A stretch of DNA of 64,000 nucleotides from Salpingoeca rosetta. Taxonomy: Eukaryota; Protista; Choanoflagellata. The DNA is taken from assembly GCA_033442325.1 (NCBI GenBank), contig JAWQFM010000011.1:1194201-1258200 (forward strand), given 5' to 3'. Numbering within the stretch: position 1 is the first letter of the stretch; every line of letters begins with the position of its first letter. Shown here piece by piece: positions 32,544-44,615 of the stretch. Both the position numbers and the translations under genes were made by a program. The notes below the pieces were generated by a model. It saw only the letters and a program-made list of their open reading frames with translations, did no database searches and had not been told where the DNA came from.

Positions 32544-32916
32544 CGTCTGTGTGTGTGTCTGTGTGTGTGTGTGTGTGTCTGTGTCTGTGTGTGGTGGGGG
32601 GTGTTCCTGTTCGTTTGTGTGTCTGTCTGCCTGTCTGTTTGTCTGTCTGCCTGTCTGTGTGGTGGGGGGTGTTCCTGTTCGTTTGTGTGTGTGTCTGTGT
32701 GTGTGGTTGTCTGTCTGCCTGTCTGTGTGCGGAAACGGGGTGTTTTCTCTGTCCGTGCGTGCGTCTCGTTAAGGATGCGCTTGTCTTCCTCCACATGCAT
32801 GTTGCTCCCCCTCCCCCGCTCCCTGCAACCCGCCCTGTGCCTTTACACCGCATGCGTGAGTGGTGATTGCAACGCCAGCTGTATGCGAGCTGCAGTGAAT
32901 GGAACCGCGTGTTTTA

Positions 32917-33064
32917 CTATGACAGAAGGAACACGATATTCTGGGGCACCTTTGCCATGATCACACTGTATGACACCATCACGGCTGCTGCTGCGGCAAC
33001 AGAGAGTCCAATGCGCCAGCGCTGCTTCGCTGCCCCTTTCTCTTCCTCCGCCTTGCGGCGTAAC
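32917..33064 (-). CDS. Orphan terminal exon encoding a basic + TM tail anchor (metaxin-like); upstream exons absent
   Basis: AG acceptor at 33065-66, then RLRRKAEEEKGAAKQRWRIGLSVAAAAAVMVSYSVIMAKVPQNIVFLLS*. The similarity to the metaxin-1 tail is from memory. Confidence 0.45.
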
Positions 33065-33110
33065 CTGCTTGTCGTCGATGTTGTGGTGGGGGGGGGAAGG
33101 GGGGAGAGAG

Positions 33111-33225
<115 letters not shown>

Positions 33226-33319
33226 AAATAGTGTATGGTGACGGTAGGGTATTCGTTGGATGACTTGACTGGATTGGGTGTTGATTGAACCTCGCAACAG
33301 GCGTGCACGGCCCCTGCAG

Positions 33320-36236
33320 AGGTGCTGGCTGATGTCGGGCTGTATTCGCCACTCTGCGACATCTGGTCCCTCGGCGTCGTCATGTTCAGGCTGTACGTAT
33401 ACTCGTATGCGTGTGCGTGTGTCTGTGTGCATGTCTGTGTCTGTGTGCGTTTGTGCGTCTGTGTGCCTGTGTTGGTGTGTCGGTGTGTCGGTGTGTCGGT
33501 GTGTGTGTGTGTGCGCGCTCGCGTGTGTGTCTCCCTGTCGGTGTGTCGGTGTGCCTGTGTGTCGGTGTGCCTGTGTGCCATCTGCCGTTGGTCCATTCCC
33601 TTCACACGACACGTCAGTCTCACCACTAAACAATACCCCCTCCCTACTCCACCACACCGCTCACATGACCCATCCCCACCCCCCTCTCCGCGTACCTTGC
33701 CATCGTTTGCTCACCAGGCTGACGGGCCGGCACCCGTACACGCCGTCGCGAAACCCGGACGAGATGCTGCAGGAGATCAAATCCCATCCCCTCAACCTCG
33801 ACGGCGTCGACATCGACCCCCGCGCAAAGGTGAGATGCTTCGGGGCTTGTGAATGTGGTGGTTGTTGTTGTGTTGTGGTTTGTGGTGAATTGTGGTGTGT
33901 GTCTGTATGTCTGTGTGTCTGTCTGTTTGTGTCTCTGTCTCTGTCTGTGTGTTGGTGTGCCTCTTTGTCTCTTTGTCTGTCTCTGTGTGTTTGTGGACGA
34001 TTTCATTCCATATTTCGATACATGTGAAGGCAACACCTCATTTCACCTTACAACCCCCCTTCCCGTTTGCTCACCGTGGTCCTTGCATCATTGTCGCTGC
34101 TTGCGTTCAGGATTTACTGAGCTACATGATGAAGATAGACCCTGCCTGGCGCATGACTGCAAAGGTACCGGTTGACATGTGTGCGTGGTGCGCGCAGCTT
34201 TTGTTACTTGCACCTCACCGTTCACGTTTGGTTGTCAGCTGTCTCTCTGTCGCACTCGCCCACGCACACACGCACACACGCACGCACACACACACACACA
34301 CAATCTCTCTCCCTCACCACCCGTATGAATTCGCATATCACACACACACACACACACACCCTTAACCAAACACATTTGACGCTGTACAGGAGGTGATGAG
34401 GCACCCGTGGGTGTCGGAACAGAGCGGGGACATGACGAAATCCATTCTGATGATGATGCGCGAATTCACACGCGAGGAGCAGGACAGCAGCGGCACCGAT
34501 CCCACAGCCCGCAGCGACACGCACACGCCGGCATCGACATCCTCGCCCCACACTACTGCCAGCAACGGCGGCGGTGGCGGTGGTGGGAAGCGTGGCAAGA
34601 CGTCGCCCACAGGGTACGATTCAATGAGCTCCTTCACGCGTGGCAGCGGTGGCGCTGGGAGCGGCGCTGGCAGCAATCGCACAGATGCGCACGGGCGTCC
34701 GAAGCGGGGGCGGCCGAGTATGCAGGTGCTGCATGAGGACCAGCTGTTGCGGCAGCAGGACGAGCTATTGGAGGCAGACATCGCGGCGCAGGGCGCTGGG
34801 AAGACACAGCCGCACCACCAGCACCAGCAGCTTGGCCTTGGTACGCGCGATACGCATGGCGTGTCGGCTGGCACGAGTCACAAGGGCGGCAGCAACAGCG
34901 GCAGCAACAACAGCAGTACATCACAGCTGCGCACGCGCCATCACCAGGCCTCGCTGCGCCGGCAGACCAGCACGGGCGCAAACAAGCCTGATGTTGCTGC
35001 TGGCTCATCCTCCTCCCCTTCGCGTCGCCACCACGCCCCCAAGTCCACTGCCCACTCCCCTGCCAACACACGCGAGCCCACCAACACCAACGGTACCAGT
35101 GGCGGTAACGGCGGTGTGAGCCGGCGGCGTCGCCCGCGTCGCAACTCGCTGCAGAGCGTGAAGAGCGCTGACGCGAACGCGGTGTCCTCGCCGGCGCTTC
35201 GGCCAGACCTGGACCTGGACTCCAGCCCAGACCCCGCGCCACGACAGCGCCGCCGAAGCAGTGACCCGGCCATTGGTGCCGGTATCAGCGAGGCGGCAGC
35301 AGCGCTGTTCCGCTCGCCCATGTCGCCTTCGCTCTCTGGTGCACGGCAGGCTTACGCCGGTGGCGGGCACATGGCGTCGACGCACGGCCACCACCCACAC
35401 CACCACCATCACCACCACCACCACCATCACCACCTGCATGACGGCGAGGGCCAGTCACATCGCACGGGCACGGCGGGCGGGTCCAGAGGCCCTGGCAGCT
35501 TTCGGCGCAAGGCACCGGCACGGCTGCAGCCGCTGTCGCCGTCGCCAGGGACCCCGAGCGCAAGCGCCCGCACCGCAACTTCACCCACGCCTGTCGGGCT
35601 GACAACAGGCGCATATGCACACAGTGGCGGAGCAACGACATCCACGGCAGCAGCATCGACCACCGCAGCTGCGACAGCAACAGCTACAGCGACGGCAACA
35701 GCAGGCGCTGCGTCGTCATTGTCGTCTGGCAAGCGGATATGGGAGCGGAGTTCTCGCCCTCGCAACTCGACGGAGATGAGACGACGAGAGACCATGGACA
35801 GGTTGGCGTCGCTCGCAGCGGGCCTGCACAACGGCAACGGTGGCAGTGCCAGGGATGGCGGCGGCAGTGGTGGCATAACCAACACGATGGCGGCAACACC
35901 AACAGGAGCTGCAATGCCGGCAGGGTCGATGGCTACAGTGGGGGCTGGGAGTGGCGTGGGCGGTGGCGGCGCGACGATCACGCGTGGGCGCCTGTCTGTG
36001 CCGGAGGTGGACGGGTTTCGCCAGCGGTCCAAGTCATCGAGCGATGTGGCGCGAGCTGTGAATGGCAATGGCAACAGTGGCACTGGTGGTGGTAGCGGAG
36101 CGCAGCGGCGGGCAACGCATGGCACGCTGTCACCAGCAGCTACGCGACGGGTGCAGCCGTACTCGGAGTACCAGTTTGCCAACCACCACCATGCTCATCA
36201 CCATCAGCACCACCATCAGGGTGGGACCAGCCAACG
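33320..36236 (+). CDS. CAMK-group Ser/Thr kinase (STK33-like), C-lobe plus long disordered tail; N-lobe missing, 3' end uncertain (possible last exon 36612-36789)
   Basis: EVL...[24 protein letters not shown]; [26 protein letters not shown]; SILMMMREF resembles the STK33 post-kinase motif. Exons 33320-33392, 33718-33829, 34111-34164, 34390-36236. Confidence 0.72.
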
Positions 36237-37155
36237 GTATGGTGAAAGTGACAGTGAAGGAGGAAGAGGGTTGCCTGTTTGTGTGTGTATGTTTGTGTCT
36301 GTGTCTGTAAGTATGTGTGTGTGTGATCGTGCAGTCACGCGTGTGCGTGTGAATGCTGTGGTTGGCGTGTCCTCATCCGAGCTGTGCTGTGTGCTTGGAA
36401 TCGAACCCATGACAGCCGGTCTACTCTGGTGTCTCGATCGACACCCCGCCTTCCCGAAGTCCGAAGAGGTGCGAGTGCTGTATTGCTGCGCGTTTTCTGA
36501 TTGGTCGGATTGGTGTTGTGTGCTCGGCGGCGTAGCGTGGTGTATGGTGTATGGTCCTTGGTTTCGCTGACATTGTCGACGCACGGCCTTGTGTTTTGGG
36601 ATTTCGTTCAGGAACGGACACACGACCGTCGCAGCGAACGCCATAGTGGCAGTGCTCAAGGCAGAGCCAGCCGCTGTCACAACAAGATTATGTGTATGTG
36701 TGTGTGTGTGTCCGTGGGTGGAGATGGAGCGCTTTGTGCAAAGCAGTGTGTGTGTGTGTGGTTTTTCTCCCTTGTTTCTCTTCTTCTGATGGTGATGACG
36801 ACGATGATGCCTTTCAACTCGTTTGACGTGTTGTTTGCGGTATGAGCACAATTGTGCAGCACTGTGATGTGTGTGTGTGTGTTTGTGTGTGCACGAGAGA
36901 GTGGGTGATGGGACGACAGCATTTGCTTTGAACATGTGTGTCCTCTCCACCTTTTATCATCACCATCATCATCCCGTTGTCTATTTCATTCATTTGACAT
37001 TTGTATTGCATTGCATGCACTGATGATGGTTTCCCGTGTCTTGACGGATGGTGTGAGGTTGAGGCACAACATTAAATATTTCGGGGGCTGTGTGTGTGTG
37101 TGTGAGGTGGAGGGGATGAAGGGATGAAGGTGTCACACTGACAGACGCACACAGC

Positions 37156-37285
<130 letters not shown>

Positions 37286-37731
37286 GCAGCAGCAGCTGGC
37301 TTTACAACACCATAAAAAGTATCCACAACGATAATTTGCTTGAAGGTCCTGCGTGTGTCCAATTTGCCCTGCCTGCCTGCAAGCAGAACCTTTGGCTTTT
37401 GGAAGTGGCGGTGGCGACGATGCAAGCGTGGAAGTGGTCGCAAAAAAGTGGAAGTGGAAGAAGCGACGAGCAAGATGCAGGCAACAAGCAAGCAAGCAAG
37501 ACGCGACAAGCCCGCATCAACACACACACACACAATCAGTGTTGACTGACTGCCTTGGCTGGCTGGCTGGCTGGTTGTCGACAAAACACAGCAGCAGAAA
37601 GACAGCAAGCAAGACAGCAAGCGACAAGAAGTACACAGCAGACGCCGCCATAACCACCCACCCACAACAGCCACTTTCCCCAGGCCCAATTTGCTTGTTC
37701 CACGCACAAGAAGCCACGCAGCTGAGACACG

Positions 37732-39434
37732 ATGGGGTGGTGGAATACCATCAGAGGCTGGTTCGCCGCTGAAGAGGTGGACGAGGAAGAAGAAGAGGAG
37801 GAGATTCCGGTGTACGATCAGGTCAAAGCACAGGAGCTGTTCCGTGCGTATGACACGAACAGGAACGGCCGCCTCAGCTGGACCGAGTTCGAGGCTGCCC
37901 TGGCATCTTTTGGCGAGGTCAGGTTCAAGCAAGACGACAGGAAGCTGTTCGATGAGGTGGCCAACCACAACGGCACCATCGGGCTGGAGGACGTGATGAA
38001 GAAGGACGTGCAGCGTCGTCTGCGCGACCGCATGGAGCTTGGCAAGGCGCTGCGGCCACCGGTGGAAGGCGGCGGCCTCAGGTTCATCGAGCCAGATGCC
38101 TCGTTCAAGCACAACAAGAAGGCCATCGAGGACAACTGCAAGGAGTACCTGGCGAAGCTGGGCATGGTTCGCATGAAGCAGGAGCCCATGACAGACACGT
38201 ACCTGTGCAACGAGGCCGGCGAGCCACAGCACCCGCTGGTTGACTTGGTGATGGAAGGCGGCGGCACGCTTGGGCTTGCGCTCGTTGGGTTTGCGTGGGC
38301 ACTGGAGGAGGCTGGGGTGCGCTTTCGGTCTGTGGCGGGGACTTCGGCGGGCGCCATCAACGCGGCCTTCCTTGCGTCCAGCGGCGCTGTGTCGGATCGG
38401 CGCGCACACCTGGCCAACGCAGCGCTCAACGACGACTTTGCTAAGGAGTTTGTGGACAACTCTCCGACAATGACAGGCAAGGTCGAGTCCCCGAAGAGCT
38501 TCCTGAGCCGCAAGCTCGGGCTGGGCTGGTTCAAGCACGGTGCTCTGAGCTTTGGCTGGTGGCTCTCAAGCTGGTTCACAAGTTTGGAGGGGACGCTGGA
38601 CGCGGGCAAGGCGGTCCGCAAACTGGCCCACGGTCCCCTGGACCAGCTCTTCTCCAACAAGCTCGGCGGCATCAAGGCCTTCCTCAAGAAGAACGCCCTG
38701 ACGGTGTACACGCTGTTCCGGATTGTGTGGATAAGGCTGGGCTTGGTTGACGGGCAGGGCTTTGAGGACTGGCTGGACAAGAAGCTGAGGCAGATTGGCG
38801 GCTGCTCGACACTGGAGGCGCTCCTGGGCGATGGCAAGCACCTGCATCTCGACCAGAGCCAAGTGCGGTTCCTCCGCAAGAGCGACCCAAGCGAGCAGCC
38901 ACCGGACGACATCAGGGCATTTGTGCTGCAGCCTGAGCTGGCCATGGTGACAACGGACATCACGACGGGCTCGCGCGTCATCTTCCCCCGCCACGCGCCT
39001 GCATACTTTGAGCACATGCGCCACGTGAGGATTGCGCGCCTTGTGCGTGCATGCATGTCTGTGCCCATCTTCTTCAAGCCGCTGACCATCAAAGACATCC
39101 CCAACTACGACCCAAGGCATCCCGTGTCCGCCAAGGAGCTGCTCGCTGCACATCCGAAGAGCCTCGCTGCACGTGCGTGGACGGGATGGCCAGGGAGTCT
39201 CAACTACGACGGTTCCATCCCCAGCCAGGCGACGTTTGTGGACGGTACGTGCAGGACGTGGTGGAGGAGGAGATGGAGGGGAGCTTTGGTTGGGGTGGGT
39301 GGGGGTGGGTGTAGAGTGCCTAAGTGCTGGTTGTTTGTGCGGGACTTACAGCGGTGTCATTCATCTATGTCGCCTGTGGTGTCGCTCACGACTTACTGAT
39401 ACATGCACTCATATCACGTGTCTTGCTGACATGG

Positions 39435-39514
<80 letters not shown>

Positions 39515-40197
39515 TGTTTCTTCCTTTGTTTTATTGGTGCCTCGTGGATGCAGGCGGACTGGTGAGCAACTTCCCTCTCGACGTGTTCCACATGTCGCAC
39601 GAGGACGTGTGGCTGCCGAGTGTGGGCGTCAAGCTCGGCGTGGACTACGTGCAGCCGTCACCGGACGAGCCCAACCTGTCTCAGCTGATGGGCGGCATGC
39701 TGAACACGATGCGGCGCCATGGCGATGCGACGTTCCTGGCCAAGAACCAGGCGGCCAACCGCCTTGTGACGGAGATTTGGATCCCGGGCTCTGTGGACAG
39801 CAAGTGGCTGTCGTTCAACCTTGACGACCGCTCCAAGGCCATCTTGTATGCTGCTGGCGTGCGCGCTGCCATTGGCTTTCTGGAGAAGTTTGACTGGGAG
39901 CACTACAAGAAGATGCGCCGCGTGCTGTACCAAGGGCAGCACGAGTTTTTCGCACACAACAGCGCCAATCTCAGGGACAGGGTGACGACAATGGCGGCCA
40001 CCACTGAGGCCGGTGGCGCTCCAGCAACGCACGCAGTCCGGCCGCTCGCAGTGACAGCGTTTGCAACGCCCACCCCAGTCACGGCCCCTGGTCATGTGGG
40101 CGCTCGTCATCCCCACCGCCCGCGCAGCCATGTCAACCCCATCGAGCGCAGCTTCCTCGCTGATCTCAAGGAGGAGATCCGTTCGGAGAACCCGTGA
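37732..40197 (+). CDS. EF-hand + patatin-like phospholipase, 2 exons (37732-39244, 39554-40197)
   Basis: MGWWNT myristoylation-type start; EF loop DTNRNGRLSWTEF; EGGGTLG; GTSAG; RACMSVPIFF; D-G|GLVSNFP split by a phase-1 intron. Confidence 0.9.
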
Positions 40198-40669
40198 CTC
40201 CACGTGAAGATGGGACGCTGCGAGAGGAAGCGCAGAAGGGGGGGGGAAGAGACTTATCCGGGGAGGGGGCGAGGGGGCGTCGTTTGCTCTTTTGCTGGTG
40301 ATGTGAGATGTGCTGTGAGATGTGCTGTTGTCGTTTTGTCTTGTTGGTCAAGTATTGTGGTGTGTCATGTTTTTTTTTTTTTGTCCATTCGTTACATTAG
40401 TGCTGGCGGCATGCCCTGTGTTGGGAGTGTTCGTGAGCGGGAGTGTTCGTGAGTGGTAGCGTTCGTTCGCCAAACCCACATCAAATTAAAACCGTTCGTT
40501 GTGGGACACACACTGATGATTCGCGAACACCACCGCTCGCCTGACAGAGGCCACCTTTTACTTTGCTTTGAGGCAGAAAGGTTGACAGCTTTGATGTTCA
40601 TAGTGCCGGGGATGGTGACGGCAGTGTGTGAAGGAGTAACAGAACAGAAAGTCATGTGACATGTGCACG

Positions 40670-41798
40670 TCAGGGGCGCGACAGTCCCTCTGCCAGGTCC
40701 TGCACGCTTGGCTTGAAGCCAATCATGTGCTCGATGCGTCGCCACTCGTTCCCTGAACTGCCCGGTGCCAGGATGTGCTCGCGGTATCTGTGGGAGGGAG
40801 ACAGCGGCAAGGGATGGGGCGGTTGGGAGGTATGCGACGTGAGCGGGGGCATCAGACAGTTGGCTCGGATAGGCGAGTTTGAAGCGAAAGGATACATGTG
40901 TGTGTGTGTGTGTGTGTGTGTGACGAAGGAGGGCAGAGGCGACGGCATGTTGGGAATCGTGACACAACAACGTACCGCTCGCCCGTGTGGCGATCGAGGG
41001 GTCGAGATTGGAAGCACTCGGACCAGATGAAGCCAGCCATGGCCTAGCAAAGCGGAGAATGTGCGTGTGTGTGTGCGTGGGTGGGTGAGAGAGAGTGTGT
41101 GTGTGTGTGAGTGTGTGTGCGTGTGCGAGTGTATTTTGAGGAGCAGGATGAAATGGACCAAGGGCAACGAGCAACCGAGAGCGCAACGCGCGTGTGTCAT
41201 TGGTGGTACCTGGCACCATGGGTATGAGTAGTAGCTCGAAGCGTACGACGTCAAGTGCCGGAACCTGTTGGGAAGGCGGATGAGTGTGAGGGCGTGCCAC
41301 AAGTGCAGCTGTGGAAGAACAGGGCAAACACGGGAAGCGAGCAAGGCATGGCCGATGACGCACGTGCGATAACGTGGCACGTTGTCCGGCAGCGTGGAGA
41401 GATAGTCTTCGCTGATGCGTTGCAGTCCACGCTGTAGATCGGGTGAAGCCTGTGTACGACGCCATGTTGGAGATATGGCAAATGGGGGCGGGGGGAGGGG
41501 AAGGGGGAAGATAAGGGGGTGGGTGCCGCAGGTGACGGGGGTGGCGTGAGGACGAATACAGGAAAGACAAGCGAGCGAGTGTGAGCAGCAAGCACATGCA
41601 GACACACATACACACCATGAAGTCTGCAGAGTGATAGTGCTGGTCAAGCGCGGCGAGGAAGAGGGTGTGCTCGGCGTCAATGGCCCAGAAGCGCGTGCTC
41701 TCCTGAATCATGGCAGCATGCAGCTCGCGGCTGATGGGCTTCTTCGTGTGCGGGTGCACAGCAAACTTGGACACCACGTCGTACTCGCGAAGGAAGTA
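40670..41798 (-). CDS. MIPEP: Peptidase M3 (mitochondrial intermediate peptidase-like), C-terminal exons only
   Basis: YFLREYDVVSKFAVHPHTKKPI; LFLAALDQHYH; RFRHLTSYASSYYSY; IWSECF; GERYREHILAPG. The HEXXH region is not present in the window. Confidence 0.78.
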
Positions 41799-41821
41799 CT
41801 GCAACATGGCCGGTGTGTGTG

Positions 41822-41910
<89 letters not shown>

Positions 41911-41934
41911 CCGAACCACTCAACAATGCACCAG

Positions 41935-42046
41935 GTCGCCGCGGGCTTGGAGTATGTCCACCACAAAGGTGAGGCCTTGTTTGAGACGCCCACACTTTCG
42001 CTGGGCCTCTACTTGTCACCTCACACATTACCCCACCCCCACCCCC

Positions 42047-42133
<87 letters not shown>

Positions 42134-43442
42134 CCTCCGCCATCTCCACTGCGTATGTGGTGTCAGCTCTCATCATGGCTATTCGCCCCCACGAACATCG
42201 CCCAATTCACCCACACTTGCGCGTGCAATCCAGGGTTTCTGCACTGTGACATTGCGTGCAGAAACGTGCTCGTATCTCCTTCGGGCGTGCTCAAAATCTC
42301 AGATTTCGGCCTTGCCCGCAAGATTGGCAGTGAAGAGTGTAACCTCAAAGGCACAAAGGTGGGCAGTGGGGGAAGTTTCGTTTTCATTACACATTGCCGT
42401 GGTGGTTGTGCGCGAGTCGGGCTCGTGTGCCCGCGCACGCTGTGTCAACCCTGCCAAACGTGCATGGCATGAATGCAGCTGTGCAAGGCACTGTGAGTCT
42501 TTGCCTGCAAGCAAGGGCGCTGGCGGGAACACAAACCAAAACACGTTTTGTCAACGCAGCACGGCAGCAGCTCACAAACTCCTCGCTCTCTTTTGCGCGG
42601 TTCACAGGCCAAATTCCCAATCCGTTGGACGGCCCCGGAAGTGTTTGTGCATCAGCAGCTCAGCGCCGCTTCAGACGTCTGGTGCGTTGTGCGTGTGAGC
42701 ACGCTGATTTGCACTTGTGTACTCGTGACTGCGTGCATTCAACAGCTGATTGTCACCACGAGCTTGTTCATAACATGCAAACACTAACCCTAAGATTGTG
42801 TTTGCTTTCTTTGCCAGGTCTTTTGGTGTTCTGTTCTGGGAAGTGGTCACCCTAGGAGACATCCCATTCGCCACCCTGACAAACAAGGTGCAGTGTTGTG
42901 GGTTTCGCCACGTGCAATGAATGCTCAGTTCTTGCAGATCACCGCAAGTACAGTAACAGTCTCCCACGCTCACACTCGCACTCGCATTCGCACTCGCATT
43001 CGCACTCACACTCACGCTCACACTCGCACTCGCACTCGCACTCACACTCACACTCACACTCACACACATGCATTGCACGGGTGCAGGAGGCAAAGAGGGC
43101 CGTGAAGCGAGGCCACCACCCCGAGAAGCCGCCAAACTGCAGACAGGAGTTCTACCAAGTGATGAAACAATGCTGGAATCAGGATCCGGAGGAACGCCCC
43201 GCATTCACCGACGTCGTCCAGGTGTGTGCGTGTGTGTGTGTCTGTGTGTGTGTGTGTGTGTCTGTCTGTCTGTCTGTCTATCTGCCTGTGTCTCTGTCTG
43301 TCTGTCTGTCTGTCTGTGTGAAATTTATTACCGCAACAACCAAGCACACGCCCATTCTCACGCCTTTTCCTTCACGCTTGTTCCTTCCACACACACATAC
43401 ACACACACATACACACACACATACACACACATACACACACAC

Positions 43443-43483
<41 letters not shown>

Positions 43484-44556
43484 GGAGCTACTCAGTCTGA
43501 AGATCAAGCTGGCGCACCAGCAGCTGAACACGGCGGAAGTCAAAGAAATCAACATCAAGTCGGTTTCGTGTGATCTTGCGCCGCAACTTTGCGATGTTCT
43601 GCAAACCACACATTCGTGCACGTACTTGTTGTCACCCCACTCACCTTGTCATCTCACCCCCTCCCTCTCATATTGTACGCAGGAAAAAGACACCCAAGTT
43701 CCACTGGCCACGCAAGCGCAAGACAAGCCACTCGGAAGTGCCAGAGGAGCCTGTTGTGAACGATTGCATCACCGGTCCTGACGCAAGCGTACCGGGGCTG
43801 ATCCGAATCAAAACGCTGCTCATCAACCAGGACAAGGTGAGAACCAATGCACAAGCACAACACCCATTCACCTTCGCGGTTTGGTTGCGCGCTGCAGTGA
43901 CGCAAGCAACACTGATCAGTGCAAACATGCTCGCCGGAATGTCAGCTCATCATACACACACACCCGCCATTTGCGCAGATGCACGTCGTGCTCAAGGCGA
44001 GTTACAGCACAAAGGCAAGCAAGCTCATCTCTGCCGCCCTCAAGAAGACTGGCATTGGTACGTGTGCATGTTGGTGTGCGTGATGTCTTCAGTTCATTCG
44101 GGAGCAGGCATCCTGCCATTATTCAGCTTGGGCGTGCGTGAGCAAGACGCTGAAACCACATCAACAATTCACACGCGTCATGCTCACTCACTCACTCACT
44201 CACTCACTCACTCACTCACTCACTCACTCACTCACTCACTCACTCACAACAGATGAAGGCCTGGCCGACAAGTTTTGTCTTGTGGAGGTTGGACACAACG
44301 GCGTGTACCAGCGAGTGCTGGACGAGGATGAGTATCCGCTCAGTTTGACCGCTTCCCCGTTTTACAGCAGCATGCAGGAGATCTACATCTGCAGATATGA
44401 CCAGGCCTTTAACAGTGAGTCGTGCACCGTTGAGAATGACCACATTGGGTTCACACGCCGCGTCCATGCACGCCAAAGTCTGCTGTCAAGTGCACGGCGA
44501 GCACATCGCGAACAGTTTCTCACAAGCCAAACCCGCCCTCCGTCAGCCGCCACTCG

Positions 44557-44615
<59 letters not shown>

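Noticed and set aside
30794-32800. 668-aa minus-strand ORF (also 2645-4273, 37072-38538, 37818-39104)
   Set aside because: Antisense shadows of GC-rich real genes, with no motifs.
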